From: Takakia lepidozioides
Taxonomy: Eukaryota > Plantae > Bryophyta
Assembly: GCA_030704615.1 (NCBI GenBank)
Contig: CM060733.1
Coordinates: forward strand, 63,178,001 to 63,242,000
DNA length: 64,000 nucleotides
Direction: 5' to 3'
Numbering within the stretch: position 1 is the first letter of the stretch; every line of letters starts with the position of its first letter. Both the position numbers and the translations under genes were made by a program. Below the pieces are notes generated by a model. The model was not told the origin of the DNA. It did not search any database and saw only the letters and a list, made by a program, of their open reading frames with translations. Below, one piece after another: positions 51,918-64,000 of this stretch.

Positions 51918-54900
51918 ATGGCTTCCTCCGAAGCAGAGTCTTATTCTGACGACAAACCAGTGTCTTTCTCCAAAGAAGCACTTGACAATGGATTCGCGAT
52001 TGTGACGGATGTCCTGGCTACCTGGTTTGAACTTTTGAATGGGTCCATCTTCTTGGAGAAAGAGGTGTACGATTTCGATGGGAAGTTGTTGAAATACTCT
52101 TTTCAAAATCGTGATGAGACGGCTCATGTGAGCCAGTGGAGAGTGCGCCCTGGTAGATACAGAGTACTTGGAGAGCCTCGGAGAAAGTCCCTTGGATCAT
52201 ATGTGACGCCCGGGACTGCTGCTTCAGTCGTTGAAGACAAAAGGGAGGTGGTGGTGAAAAAAAAAAAAAAACGTGCTCAACTCCAATCATTGAGCTTTCG
52301 GATTCGTCCAATGATGACATTAGTGAAATTCCAACTCCAGTCCTTTGTACTGTAGTTGTGGAAGCGGATGAAGAAGACATTTGTAGTGTCATTCCAAAAC
52401 TACGGGCGATGGGAGGAATGGCAGGTTTCAAAAGTGAGTTGCGGGGAATTGATTGGGAAGCTTTGAAGCAAGTGCATGCGAAGTTCCTGCCAGAGACTTT
52501 TGATGGGGATATCCTATTCGAGCTGCCTCCTCCTCCGCGAGTTGGAGGTATAACAAGCATGATGCACGGAATGGACAAGAAACACGACGGGCACCCATGG
52601 TGCAGAACAAAAACATCCAATATTCAAAATGAGGACAAGCTTGTTTTCAGGAGAACAGTTTGCAATGGACACCTTAGGTGTGATAATTTGAATTGCAGAC
52701 ACTTTCTTCAGTCTGGGGTTCACAATCAAAGCGAGTGGGAGGGTCTCGCGGAAAATCCATTTAAGCCTGGGACTGCTCCTCCAACGGAAACCACTTTCGT
52801 TTGCAAATTCTGCAAACTAGTACCAACCTACCTGGCGTTGTGTGGAGCAAGAATGTACTATGTTGTCCACCGTTTGAAAACCATGACAAGAGCTTGTGTG
52901 CATTTCGGTTTCCATAACCATCCTGTCTCGAAGGGGGATTACAGGGAGAGTGTTGAGACAGTATCGAGGTTGATTAAACAGGATTACAAGAGAAACCCAT
53001 TCGCAACAACATCCGCAATTGCTCTTGGCGCAAGCAAGTCCTTCTTGGAAAGCCATATTTTTGAGTGAAGGGGATTCTGTGGGGACTAAACTTGACGGTG
53101 CAGCACTCGACGTTGTCATGGATCATTTCTCCACGTTGAGTTCACCTAACATTCGGCATCAGATCAATGCATTGAGAATGGGCTCTGGGATCAGAGGCTA
53201 CATAGACAACATTTTGGAATTGAAACGACTGAGCATGTACGACTACATCCAGGACAATGTTTTTCCAGGTCAAGGTGCCATCAAAGTTTTTCTTTTCAAA
53301 ATGTCGACTGTTGGGGAGGGTAGTGGGGTTAGCCTCGTGAAGCGGATGCAGAAGACTGGGGACCTGCAGAATTGTTTTCTTATGTTTGATCATGTGAAAC
53401 GAGTGAAAGATTGGACGACAATGGCTTGTCATGTGTACGATCCAGTGTACCAACGAGTTATGACAATTGCAGTTTGTGACATGCAATTCGAGGATACGGA
53501 ATCCCAGAAGCTCATGTGGAATTCCCTTGTACGTGTTATGGGCTGCCATGGGGTGTCATCTCCAAATTTCGCTGGTTTTATGGCAGATAGTGCTCAGGCG
53601 AATTTCAATGCAGTTCGAATTGTCTTCGGATCAGGCGACCCAAAAGTGCCAATGCCGGGAAAAGAGCGTACATGTCTATTCCATTGGACACAATCTTTGG
53701 AGAAACATACAAAATCGGACATCAAACCAGAGATGCAGACACAACACCGTAAATTGTGCAAAGAGTACAAAGATGCTAGAACAATGAAGGAGGCGGACAC
53801 TTTGTTCCAGACAATTCGTGCTTGGTGGTTCTCTTCTAGAGCTGCATCGCTTGAGAGTATGAGAGCATTGGAAGATTGGCTGGCGTTTTGGCACTTCCGG
53901 TACAGACAGTGGGGAGCAACCATGACAATGGTGCGAGGCTTGTATTGTTAGCTTTATTCATACATTTACTTTCCAAATTTTGCTCTCCTTGCTTTCTTTA
54001 TGTTGTTCCCTGTGCACTGTTCTGAAGTGTGGTTCTGCTCTTTGCAGAACATGTCCATTGAGGAAATGGCGGACATGCCATCTTGCAATTTGGCAAAGAC
54101 TGTGCACAATGCATGGTTGCAACAGTCTGGGAAACGAGGTCGGGATTTGTATGTGGCAACAACAGATGATCTGATACGTGCCTTGCAACAACAAACCAGA
54201 TACCGTGATTTCTTGCGAGGAGGGGCTGGTGGCAAGGGTCCGGACAAACAGGAGTTGATGTCTGCAAACAGATCTGGGGATCCAAGCAAGATAGCACGGG
54301 CGGTGAGCATGTATGCCCAGGGAACGCCACTTGTTTCTAGAGTTCCACATCTTGAAGGGGAGGAGAGATTCGGCTCATGTAAGAGGAAATTGAACACCCC
54401 ACCTAGTTCGGATTCCGATTCGCACAGGGCAGACCGTGATAACTTCTCGAAGCCTCGTGTTCCCCTGCATGGCAGATCCATGTCCGGAACCTCTATTCTG
54501 GAGGAACCTCCGACTCGACGGCAGGCTCCAGCATTTAACAGTGCCACTGAAATGGTGCAGGAGAGAAACTACCCCCTTGATGTGCTGGAGTCCGCATGCC
54601 CTGACCACGTTTGGCACATAGAACGCACAAATGCAGGGTCTCGTGTGAAATGTACAGCGATTAGGGCAACTAATTTTGAGAAGTGCACTTCATCTATATC
54701 CAGAGGCGGTGCCCGGACTCCTGCTCCGACTTTCACGGGTTTGATGCGTCCATACGGCCAACCAGAAGCAAAGAACCACAAGTTCTGGTTATGCGCAGAC
54801 GATTGTGGTAAATGTGTGCATGGAACTGTGCGTCCTTCCGTGGTGATGAAGCCAGCTCCTCCAACCGTTTGGCCCGTCAAGGTGGGAACACATCTCACAA

Positions 54901-55427
54901 GTCAGGAGATTGCAATGCTGGAGGAGGCAGGCTTTTCCCTTGCGAGACAACCCCTACTGCATACATGTGTTTCTACTTCTGCGTCCTCTCGGGTCCCCCC
55001 GGCAAATCCTCACTTGTGGCCAACCAAACGAGATGGAAAGCTGGTTCGGCGTTTCCCTCCAACCGCTGAACACTTTGGCAAAGTGGAGTCCGCAAGAATG
55101 CTCTAAACTCGTGTTGCAAGCACCACGGAAGTGCCCGATCCAGGATATGGTTGGGTGTACACAATGATCACTTCGACATCTGCTGTTCATGACAGGGCAT
55201 ACGACATCACGGTTTCCAATTTTCCCAATTGCACATGTCTTGATTTTGTGAATATGCTATCAACCAGTTTGGGCAAGAGAGGTAAATTCATACCCTGCAA
55301 ACATTTGTATTTCGTATTTTTGAAGAGGATGGTTTGCGATCCCAAACGTGACAACTTCGTTCACCAGGCCACTTTGAGTTTCAACGAGGTCGATACTCTA
55401 TTGCAGCGGGATACAACACATAGGTAG
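51918..55427 (+). mobile_element. Mutator-superfamily transposase gene with GCM-like DNA-binding domain, DDE core and SWIM finger; disrupted
   Basis: GCM-like HPWC..CNGHLRC..C..CKFC..C..HFGFHNHP at ~52590-52923; D at 53388, D at 53586, CLFH at 53673; SCNLAKTVH with K at the expected catalytic E (54096); SWIM CTC..PCKH at 55230-55304. Intron 53931-54047, two frameshifts, and a stop at 55104. Confidence 0.82.
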
Positions 55428-55926
55428 CATCAACTATGCCATGTGGTATATGGACGATCATGCTATGAAATGTGCAATTTGCAACATTGTCATGGAAATT
55501 CAATTCAAATCAATTTGTTTGCAACATCGTCGGCTGTGCAATGATATGGCGTCCCTTATCCCTCCATTATCCTTCCAACTATACTGAGTGAGCTCTGAGT
55601 GGCAACTTTTAAAAGCACATTCATCATTGCACCGTTCGAAGTGTACATGTCTTCCTGTCACTTATGCACTGCAACCATCTTTTGAAGATGATCCTAACTC
55701 TCTTTGTTATTTGGGGAGGGAGCAAGGTCTTCCTGTTGCAACCTCTATGGCGCATACTTTGTGAGGATATTTCAAACCCTTGTAATTATAAAAGTGAAAC
55801 AAACATTTGTAATTGCACAATGTTGGATGCTGCAATTGTAGGCCTCATGGTAGTCTTTATTGTATTCAGCCAAGGATTCCCTTCATTATTCCCACAGTAC
55901 GACCAAGGCCTTGATGCAACTCTTAA

Positions 55927-58900
55927 CACTAGAAGAGAAATCGGCTTTTTCCACGGTTTTTTCCACACTTTTGCTGTGGAATCAGCCGCAGTCCACACCT
56001 GCCGTGGGTGTAAGGAACGACTAGTGCTTTCGGACACCCCGTGGACGGCCTGGCTCTCGGGTGGCCCTATGGAAAAGTCCACGGGAGGCTTTTCCCATGG
56101 GTGGGCTTTTTTCACGGGGTGCATGGTGACATGGCCGATGGCATAGCTGACATGGCAGAGTGTGAAAAAGGCCAGTGTGGCATGTTTTTGGATACTTTCC
56201 TATTGTCACTTTGGCAGTATCATGTCAAAATCACTCCAAACTATGTACCATCTACCCATGCAAGTTTCTTGTAGCTAACCCTCCACAGGGAATCATAAGT
56301 AATCTGGAGCTTGAAATCTGACCCTCTTGGATGACACTCTATCCCTGCTCCTTCAGCTATCCATGCCTCTGCACAGATCATGCATACATCCTTGCATTGC
56401 TGTTAGCAGCTGACAATGGCAGCCTAGATTTCTTCCAGCAAACACCCAACTCAACTTATCACACCAGTTCCTATTCTCAATTGCATCTACCACTCTGTAA
56501 TCCAAAGGCATTTACCTTCCAAGACGGTTGTCCCAACATTGACTGGGGTCAAAAAAATATTCATTCCACAGCTTCTCCTCTCTGTTACCTATTTCAGGAT
56601 ACTTTCCTATTGTCACTTTGGCAGTATCATGTCAAACTCACTCCAAACTATCAAAGGTTCACTCAACCAGCTAACTTGCATAATTCTTAAAACATGAAAA
56701 TTTAGGGCGATTCTGATAAGAGGGGAAAACAGAGTGAAATTTGTTGAAGAAGGTGCCTTGATTAGCATTGCCTGATTTTATCAATTGTGTCGCTGCTGCT
56801 GCGGCTTCCAGTTGACCATCTACCCATGCAGGTTTCTTGGAGCTATTTTTCCACGGGGAATCACCCCTTCCCGCATCATTGCTCATAGGTCTCCAAAGCC
56901 TCCATCCACGCTCTTGCTGTGCATATCCTGCAATCATCGCACTCCACGACACCACATCTCGTTCAGCCATACTGTCAAACACTTCCTTTGCATCCTCGAT
57001 GCACCCACATTTGGCATACCACCAGGGCAGTGTTCAGAATGACATTGGGTACAATTCCAGATTTGACGATGTCACCATGGACCTCTTTGCCCTTTTCTAG
57101 AGCTCCCAGGCTTGCACATGCATTACAAACAAATGTGATGTGGTTGGGCTTCACCCCTTCGCGCAGCAGTTGCTCATAGGTCTCCAAAGCATTCCTACCA
57201 CACCCATGTTAAATCCTGCCAACATTATATTCAACGTGATCAAAGTTCGTTGAGGCATTCCGTTGAACACTCGGTGTGCATTCATGATGCTCCTGCACTT
57301 AACATACATGTTCACAAGGGGGTTGAGGAGAAAAACACTTGGTGTGAATCCACTCTGGATAATGTGACTGAAATGCTCCTTGGTTTAAAGGTTGTAGAGC
57401 CTCTTTCAGTCTGCCTACCTCACAAAGCAGCTTCACATGCCCAGAAGAGCCAGAAGAGGCATTATGGACTCCCTCTCTTGATCCTCTCTTAGAAGCTGTG
57501 GTCATGGTTGAGGTGGCTGATTTAAATCAGGGCTGCCAGGCCTGCAATGCACACAAACATGATGTGGCCGGGCTGAACCCCTTCCCCCATCATTTGCTCA
57601 TAGGTCTCCAAAGCCTCCATCCCACGTCCCTGCTGTGCATACCCTGCAAGCATCGCACTCCACGACACCACATCTCGTTCAGCCATAGTGTTGAACACTC
57701 CCTTTGCATCCTTGATGCACCCACATTTTGCATACATGTCCACTAGGGTATTGTTCAAAATGACATTTGGTACAATTCCAGCTCTAAAGGTGTCACCATG
57801 GACCTCCTTCCCCTTTTCCAGAGCTGCCAGGGCAGTGTTTCCAATGACATTAGGTACAATTCCAGCTTTGATGATATCCCCATGCACCTCTTTGCCCTTC
57901 TCCAGGGCTGCCACGCCTGTAATGCATACAAACATGATGTGGCCGGGCTGGACCCCTTCCCCCATCATTTGCTCATAGGTCTCCAAAGCCTCCATCCCAC
58001 GTCCCTGTTGTGCATGCCTTGCAAGCATCACACTCCATGACACCTCATCTCGTTCAGCCATAGTGTTGAACACTCCCTTTGCATCCCCGATGCACCTACA
58101 TTTTGCATACATATCCACTAGGGTATTGTTCAAAATGACATTTGGTACAATTCCAGCTCTGAAGGTGTCACCATGGACCTCCTTCCCCTTTTCCAGAGCT
58201 ACCAGGGCAGTGTTTAGAATAACATTAGGTACAATTCCAACTTTGATGATATCCCCATGCACCTCTTTGCCCTTCTCCAGGGCTGCCACGCCTGCAATGA
58301 ATACAAACATGATGTGGTCGGGCTGGACCCCTTCCCCCATCAGTTGCTCATAGGTCTCCAAAGCCTCTATCCCACGTCCCTGCTGTGCATACCCTGTAAG
58401 CATCGCACTCCACGACACCACATCTCGTTGAGCAATAGTGTTGAACACTCCCTTTGCATCCCCGATGTACCCACATTTTGCATACATGTCCACTAGGGTA
58501 TTGTTCAAAATGACATTTGGTACAATTCCAGCTCTAAAGGTGTCACCATGGACCTCCTTCCCCTTTTCCAGAGCTGCCAGGGCAGTGTTTCCAATGACAT
58601 TAGGTACAATTCCAGCTTTGATGATATCCCCATGCACCTCTTTGCCCTTCTCCAGGGCTACCGGGCCTGCAATGCATACAAACATGATGTGGCCGGACTG
58701 GACCCCTTCCCCCATCAGTTGCTCATAGGTCTCCAAAGCCTCCATCCCACGTCCCTGCTGTGCATACCCTGCAAGCATCGCACTCCACGACACCACATCT
58801 CGAGGTCAGAATTGATTTTGACCATATCCCTCTTTCTCGGTTCAAGGTCCCAAACTTCAATTCAAATGTGCAAAATGACATTTGGTACAATTCCAGCTCT

Positions 58901-60041
58901 GAAGGTGTCACCATGGACCTCCTTCCCCTTTTCCAGAGCTGCCAGGGCAGTGTTTCGAATGGCATTATGTACAATTCCAGCTTTGATGATATCCCCATGC
59001 ACCTCTTTGCCCTTCTCCAGGGCTGTCAGGCCTGCAATGCATACAAACATAATGTGGCCAGGCTGGACCCCTTCCCCCATCATTTGCCCATAGGTCTCCA
59101 AAGCCTCCATCCCACGTCCCTGTTGTGCATACCCTGCAAGCATCGCACTCCACGACACCACATCTCGTTGAGCCATAGTGTTGAACACTCCCTTTGCATC
59201 CCCGATGCACCCACATTTTGCATACATGTCCACTAGGGTATTGTTCATAATGACATTTGGTACAATTGTAGCTCTGAAGATGTCACCACGGACCTCCTTC
59301 CCCTTTTCCAGAGCTGCCAGGGCAGTGTTTAGAATGACATTAGGTACAATTCCAGCTTTGATGATATCCCCATGCACCTCTTTGCCCTTCTCAAGGGTTT
59401 CTAGGCTTGCACAAGCCTTGCAATGCACACAAACATGATGTGAGAGGGCAAAACAGGCTGAAATAGGTCAAAGAAGAAGATGCCCTCACCACATTGTCCT
59501 TGAGGTTGTGTCATGACTTGACCGACCATCAACCCAAAAAGGACCTCTTGTGCGTGCTGCTTGTGTCTGTAGTCAAGTAATGTCGGATTGGTCTGTGAGA
59601 TCGAACCACCACGGTGTAGCTGAGTAGGCAGAGATTGAAACACGGCCTGCTAAGACCAAGCTAACTCTCCCAAGAACGGCAAGCTCGCAAGAATGTTGCG
59701 AGCTTCTCCTTGTCTCATCTCCTCCTCCTCTCCTCCTTCCTGCATCATTTGCTCAACGCCTCCATCCCACGCCCCTGCATATCCTACGATCATCGCGTTC
59801 CATCCCTCGGCTACATGGTGTGGCGCAGGGAGACAAAAAAAAAACGCCAAGTCCCAGCCCTCCTCTGTGTTCACGATTACCCTAATGGGCAACCTTATTA
59901 GCAACTTTTTGATTTTTTAACCTTTTGCACTTTGATTCATTCTAGGTCAGAGGCTAAAGTCCTGCTACCAGACTTGTCTAGAAAACCAACACACCACGTA
60001 GACAAACAGTTGATAATGGTAATAAAATATATTACCATTGG
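55927..60041. mobile_element. Tandem unit 1: CACTA-type terminus plus PPR fragments
   Basis: Starts CACTAGAAGAGAAATCGGC and is highly similar to 60042-63587. Confidence 0.8.
56870..59440 (-). pseudogene. Degenerate PLS-class PPR sequence with 375-bp tandem repeats; longest ORF 57522-58796
   Basis: Repeats of [30 protein letters not shown] and GKEVHG. L motifs are truncated, there are frameshifts, and no E/DYW domain is visible. Confidence 0.85.
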
Positions 60042-63000
60042 CACTAGAAGAGAAACCGGCTTTTTCCACGGTTTTTTCCACATTTTTTGCTGTGGAATCA
60101 GCCGCAGTCCACCTGCCGTGGGCGTAAGGAACGACTAGTGCTTTCGGACACCCCGTGGACGGCCTGGCTCTCGAGTGGCCCTGTGGAAAAGTCCACGGGA
60201 GACTTTTTCCATGGGTGGGCTTTTTTCACGTGGTGCATGCTGACATGACCGCTGACATGGCCGATGGCATAGCTGACATGGCAGAGTGTGAAAAAGGCCA
60301 GTGTGACATGTTTCACGGCGGATTTCACACCTTGAACAAGCCACTATGCGACACGTGTCATATTTCACACCTTCGACAAGTCACTATGCAACACGTGTTC
60401 GTTCCTGTGTGGTGATACACGTTAATTAATTATTATTTGCTTTCCAATATTAAGTTTGAATATTAATGGATTTAATTATTGTTATTATTATTATTATTAT
60501 TATAGGAAAAATGGACAGTGGCCTAGATGAGAACATTATTAAATAACAAAATACTGAAATTATGTTTTTAGAAATTATATTTATTCGCTCAGATACCAAA
60601 ACACACCCTTTGCATGGAAGGAGAGTTTGCCTTAGTGTCTATGTTGAGTTGCATCTCCTACTCTCTGTAATCTAATAGACATTCACCTTTTTCCCTCGGT
60701 TGTCCCACCCATGACTGCGGTCAGAAAAAGCATTCATTCCACAGCTTCTCTTCATCTCTGTTACATGTTTTTCGATACTTTCCTATTGTCACTTTGGCAG
60801 TATCATGTCAAAATCACTCCAAACTATGTACCATCTACCCATGCAGGTTTCTTGTAGCTAACCCTCCACAGGGAATCATAAGTAATCTGGAGCTTGAAAT
60901 CTGGCCCTCTTGGATGACACTCTATCCCTACTCCTTCAGCTATCCATGCCTCTGCACAGATCATGCATACATCCTTGCATTGCTGTTAGCAACTGATAAT
61001 GGCAGCCTAGATTTCTTCCAGCAAACACCCAACTCAACTTATCACACCAGTTCCTATTCTCAATTGCATCTACCACTCTGTAATCCAAAGGCATTTACCT
61101 TCCAAGACGGATGTCCCAACATTGACTGGGGTCAAAAAAATATTCATTCCACAGCTTCTCCTCTCTGTTACCTATTTCAAGATACTTTCCTATTGTCACT
61201 TTGGCAATATCATGTCAAACTCACTCCAAACTATCAAAGGTTCACTCAACCAGCTAACTTGCATAATTCTTAAAACATGAAAATTTAGGGCGATTCTGAT
61301 AAGAGGGGAAAACAGAGTGAAATTTGTTGAAGAAGGTGCCTTGATTAGCATTGCCTGATTTTATCAATTGTGTCGCTGCTGCTGCGGCTTCCAGTTGACC
61401 ATCTACCCATGCAGGTTTCTTGGAGCTATTTTTCCACGGGGAATCACCCCTTCCCGCATCATTGCTCATAGGTCTCCAAAGCCTCCATCCACGCCCTTGC
61501 TATGCATATCCTGCAATCATCGCACTCCACGGAACCACATCTCGTTTAGCCGTACTGTCAAACACTTCCTTTGCATCCTCGATGCACCCACATTTGGCAT
61601 ACATGCAGTCCACCAGGGCAGTGTTCAGAATGACATTGGGTACAATTCCAGATTTGACGATGTCACCATGGACCTCTTTGCCCTTTTCCAGAGCTCCCAG
61701 GCTTGCACATGCATTACAAACAAATGTGATGTGGTTGGGCTTCACCCCTTCGCGCAGCAGTTGCTCATAGGTCTCCAAAGCATTCCTACCACACCCATGT
61801 TAAATCCTGCCAACATTATATTCAACGTGATCAAAGTTCGTTGAGGCATTCCGTTGAACACTCGGTGTGCATTCATGATGCTCCTGCACTTAACATACAT
61901 GTTCACGAGGGGGTTGAGGAGAAAAACACTTGGCGTGAATCCACTTTGGATAATGTGAGTGTGCACCTGCTTTCCAGCTTCCAGACCCTTCATTTTGATG
62001 CACTTAAGCAAGAGACAGACATACATATCTGAATCTGCTGAAATGCTCCTTGGTTTAAAGGTTGTAGAGCCTCTTTCAGTCTGCCTCCCTCACAAATGAT
62101 CTTCACATGCCCAGAAGAGCCAGAAGAGGCATTATGGACTCCCTCTCTTGATCCTCTTTTAGAAGTTGTGGTCATGGTTGAGGTGGCTGATTTAAATCAG
62201 GGCTGCCAGGCCTGCAATGCACACAAACATGATGTGGCCGGGCTGAACCCCTTCCCCCATCATTTGCTCATAGGTCTCCAAAGCCTCCATCCCACGTCCC
62301 TGTTGTGCATACCCTGCAAGCATCGCACTCCACGACACCACATCTCATTCAGCCATAGTGTTGAACACTCCCTTTGCATCCTCGATGCGCCCACATTTTA
62401 CATACATGTCTACTAGGGTATTGTTCAAAATGACATTTGGTACAATTCCAGCTTTGAAGGTGTCACCATGGACCTCCTTCCCCTTTTCCAGAGCTGCCAG
62501 GGCAGTGTTTCCAATGACATTAGGTACAATTCCAGCTTTGATGATATCCCCATGCACCTCTTTGCCCTTCTCCAGGGCTGCCACGCCTGCAATGCATACA
62601 AACATAATGTGGCCGGGCTGGACCCCTTCCCCCATCATTTGCCCATAGGTCTCCAAAGCCTCCATCCCACGTCCCTGTTGTGCATACCCTGCAAGCATCG
62701 CACTCCACGACTCCACATCTCGTTCAACCATAGTGTTGAACACTCCCTTTGCATCCCCGATGCACCCACATTTTGCATACATGTCCACTAGGGTATTGTT
62801 CAGAATGACATTTGGTACAATTCCAGCTCTGAAGATGTCACCACGGACCTCCTTCCCCTTTTCCAGAGCTGCCAGGGCAGTGTTTAGAATAACATTAGGT
62901 ACAATTCCAGCTTTGATGATATCCCCATGCACCTCTTTGCCCTTCTCAGGGGTTGCCAGGCTTGCACAAGCATTGCAATGCACACAAACATGATGTGAGA

Positions 63001-63587
63001 GGGCAAAACAGGCTGAAATAGGTCAAAGAAGAAGATGCCCTCACCACATTGTCCTTGAGGTTGTGTCATGACTTGACCGACCATCAACCCAAAAGGTGCT
63101 CTTGTGTGTGCTGCTTGTGTATGCAGTCAGGTAATGTCGGTTTGGTCTGTGAGATCGAACCACCACGGTGTAGCTGAGTAGGCAGAGATTGAAACACGGC
63201 CTGCTAAGACCAAGCTAACTCTCCCAAGAACGGCAAGCTCGCAAGAATGTTGTGAGCTTCTCCTCGTCTCATCTCCTCCTCATTTCCTCCTTCCTGCATC
63301 ATTTGCTCAACGCCTCCATCCCACGCCCCTGCATATCCTACGTTCATCGCATTCCATCCCTCGGCTACTGGTGTGGCGCAGGGAGACAAAAAAAAAGCCA
63401 AGTCCCAACCCTCCTCTGTGTTCACGATTACCCTAATTGGCAACCTTATTAGCAACTTTTTAACTTTTTAACCTTTTGCACTTTGATTCATTTTAGGTCA
63501 GAGGCTAAAGTCCTGCTACCAGACTTGTTTAGAAAACCAAAACACCACGTAGACAAACATTATGGTAATAAAATATATTACCATTGG
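60042..63587. mobile_element. Tandem unit 2: CACTA-type terminus plus PPR fragments
   Basis: Starts CACTAGAAGAGAAACCGGC and ends at the same ATATATTACCATTGG sequence that precedes 60042. Confidence 0.8.
61450..62995 (-). pseudogene. Degenerate PLS-class PPR sequence, second copy with fewer repeats
   Basis: ORFs 62345-62983, 61742-62026 and 61500-61778 carry PPR motifs, with stops and frameshifts. Confidence 0.85.
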
Positions 63588-64000
63588 GCTGGTTTGAACA
63601 CTTATTGGTAAATTTAGGTTAGGATTTTTAGGTTAGGATTTTTTCGAAATATTCTGGTTTTTTCTTTGATGTGTGAGATGACAAAGTCCAAGCATGTCAC
63701 ATAAACAAGGAGTTCAACGTAAGGATGATGCAAGTGATTTGTGGCAAAAAGTGTAAATCATGCCTATGCCTATTTGTCCTAGTTGTGTCATAGGTTGCAA
63801 CGGAACGAGGCCACCTTTGAATGGGATCCCCATGCTCATTTCACCAAGGGCATTATAGACTTTATAATGTAGAGATTGAAAATGGGGTGTATTCTTCACT
63901 TGCTAGTAGCCCATCGTGCAGATTTCTAAACATGAACATGAAGTTCATAATCATTTTCCAAGGGCATCATTCTCAAACTCCCCATACACCACAATCAGTG

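Noticed and set aside
56785-62993. Plus-strand ORFs over the PPR region
   Set aside because: They are antisense shadows of the PPR repeats.

Overview
Eukaryotic, intron-containing plant genomic DNA. The GBP and PPR sequences suggest a non-seed land plant, but that is an inference. There are two apparently intact host genes: a 16-exon GBPL3-like guanylate-binding protein (9749-20313, +) and an intronless trihelix transcription factor (26206-27069, -). Most of the rest is nested transposons. These are a small PBS/PPT-bearing LTR-like element whose flanks are inverted, a CACTA TnpD (DUF4218) fragment with GC-rich repeats, two LINE relics, and a TIR element holding two convergent paralogous ORFs. 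A Ty3/Gypsy-like element carries a C5 DNA methyltransferase domain directly after its protease. That domain is cut by a roughly 12-kb region starting with a CACTA terminus (43549-~55926). The region carries a TnpA-like gene, an array of 24-bp palindromes, a spliced ParB plus beta-class N4/N6 DNA methyltransferase fusion gene with the same palindromes in its introns, and a GCM-MULE-SWIM transposase gene. This ParB-MTase/palindrome module is the most novel-looking system here, although this copy carries inactivating lesions. The window ends with two tandem units, each made of a CACTA terminus plus degenerate PLS-PPR repeats. All domain calls come from motif recognition by eye, with no database searches.
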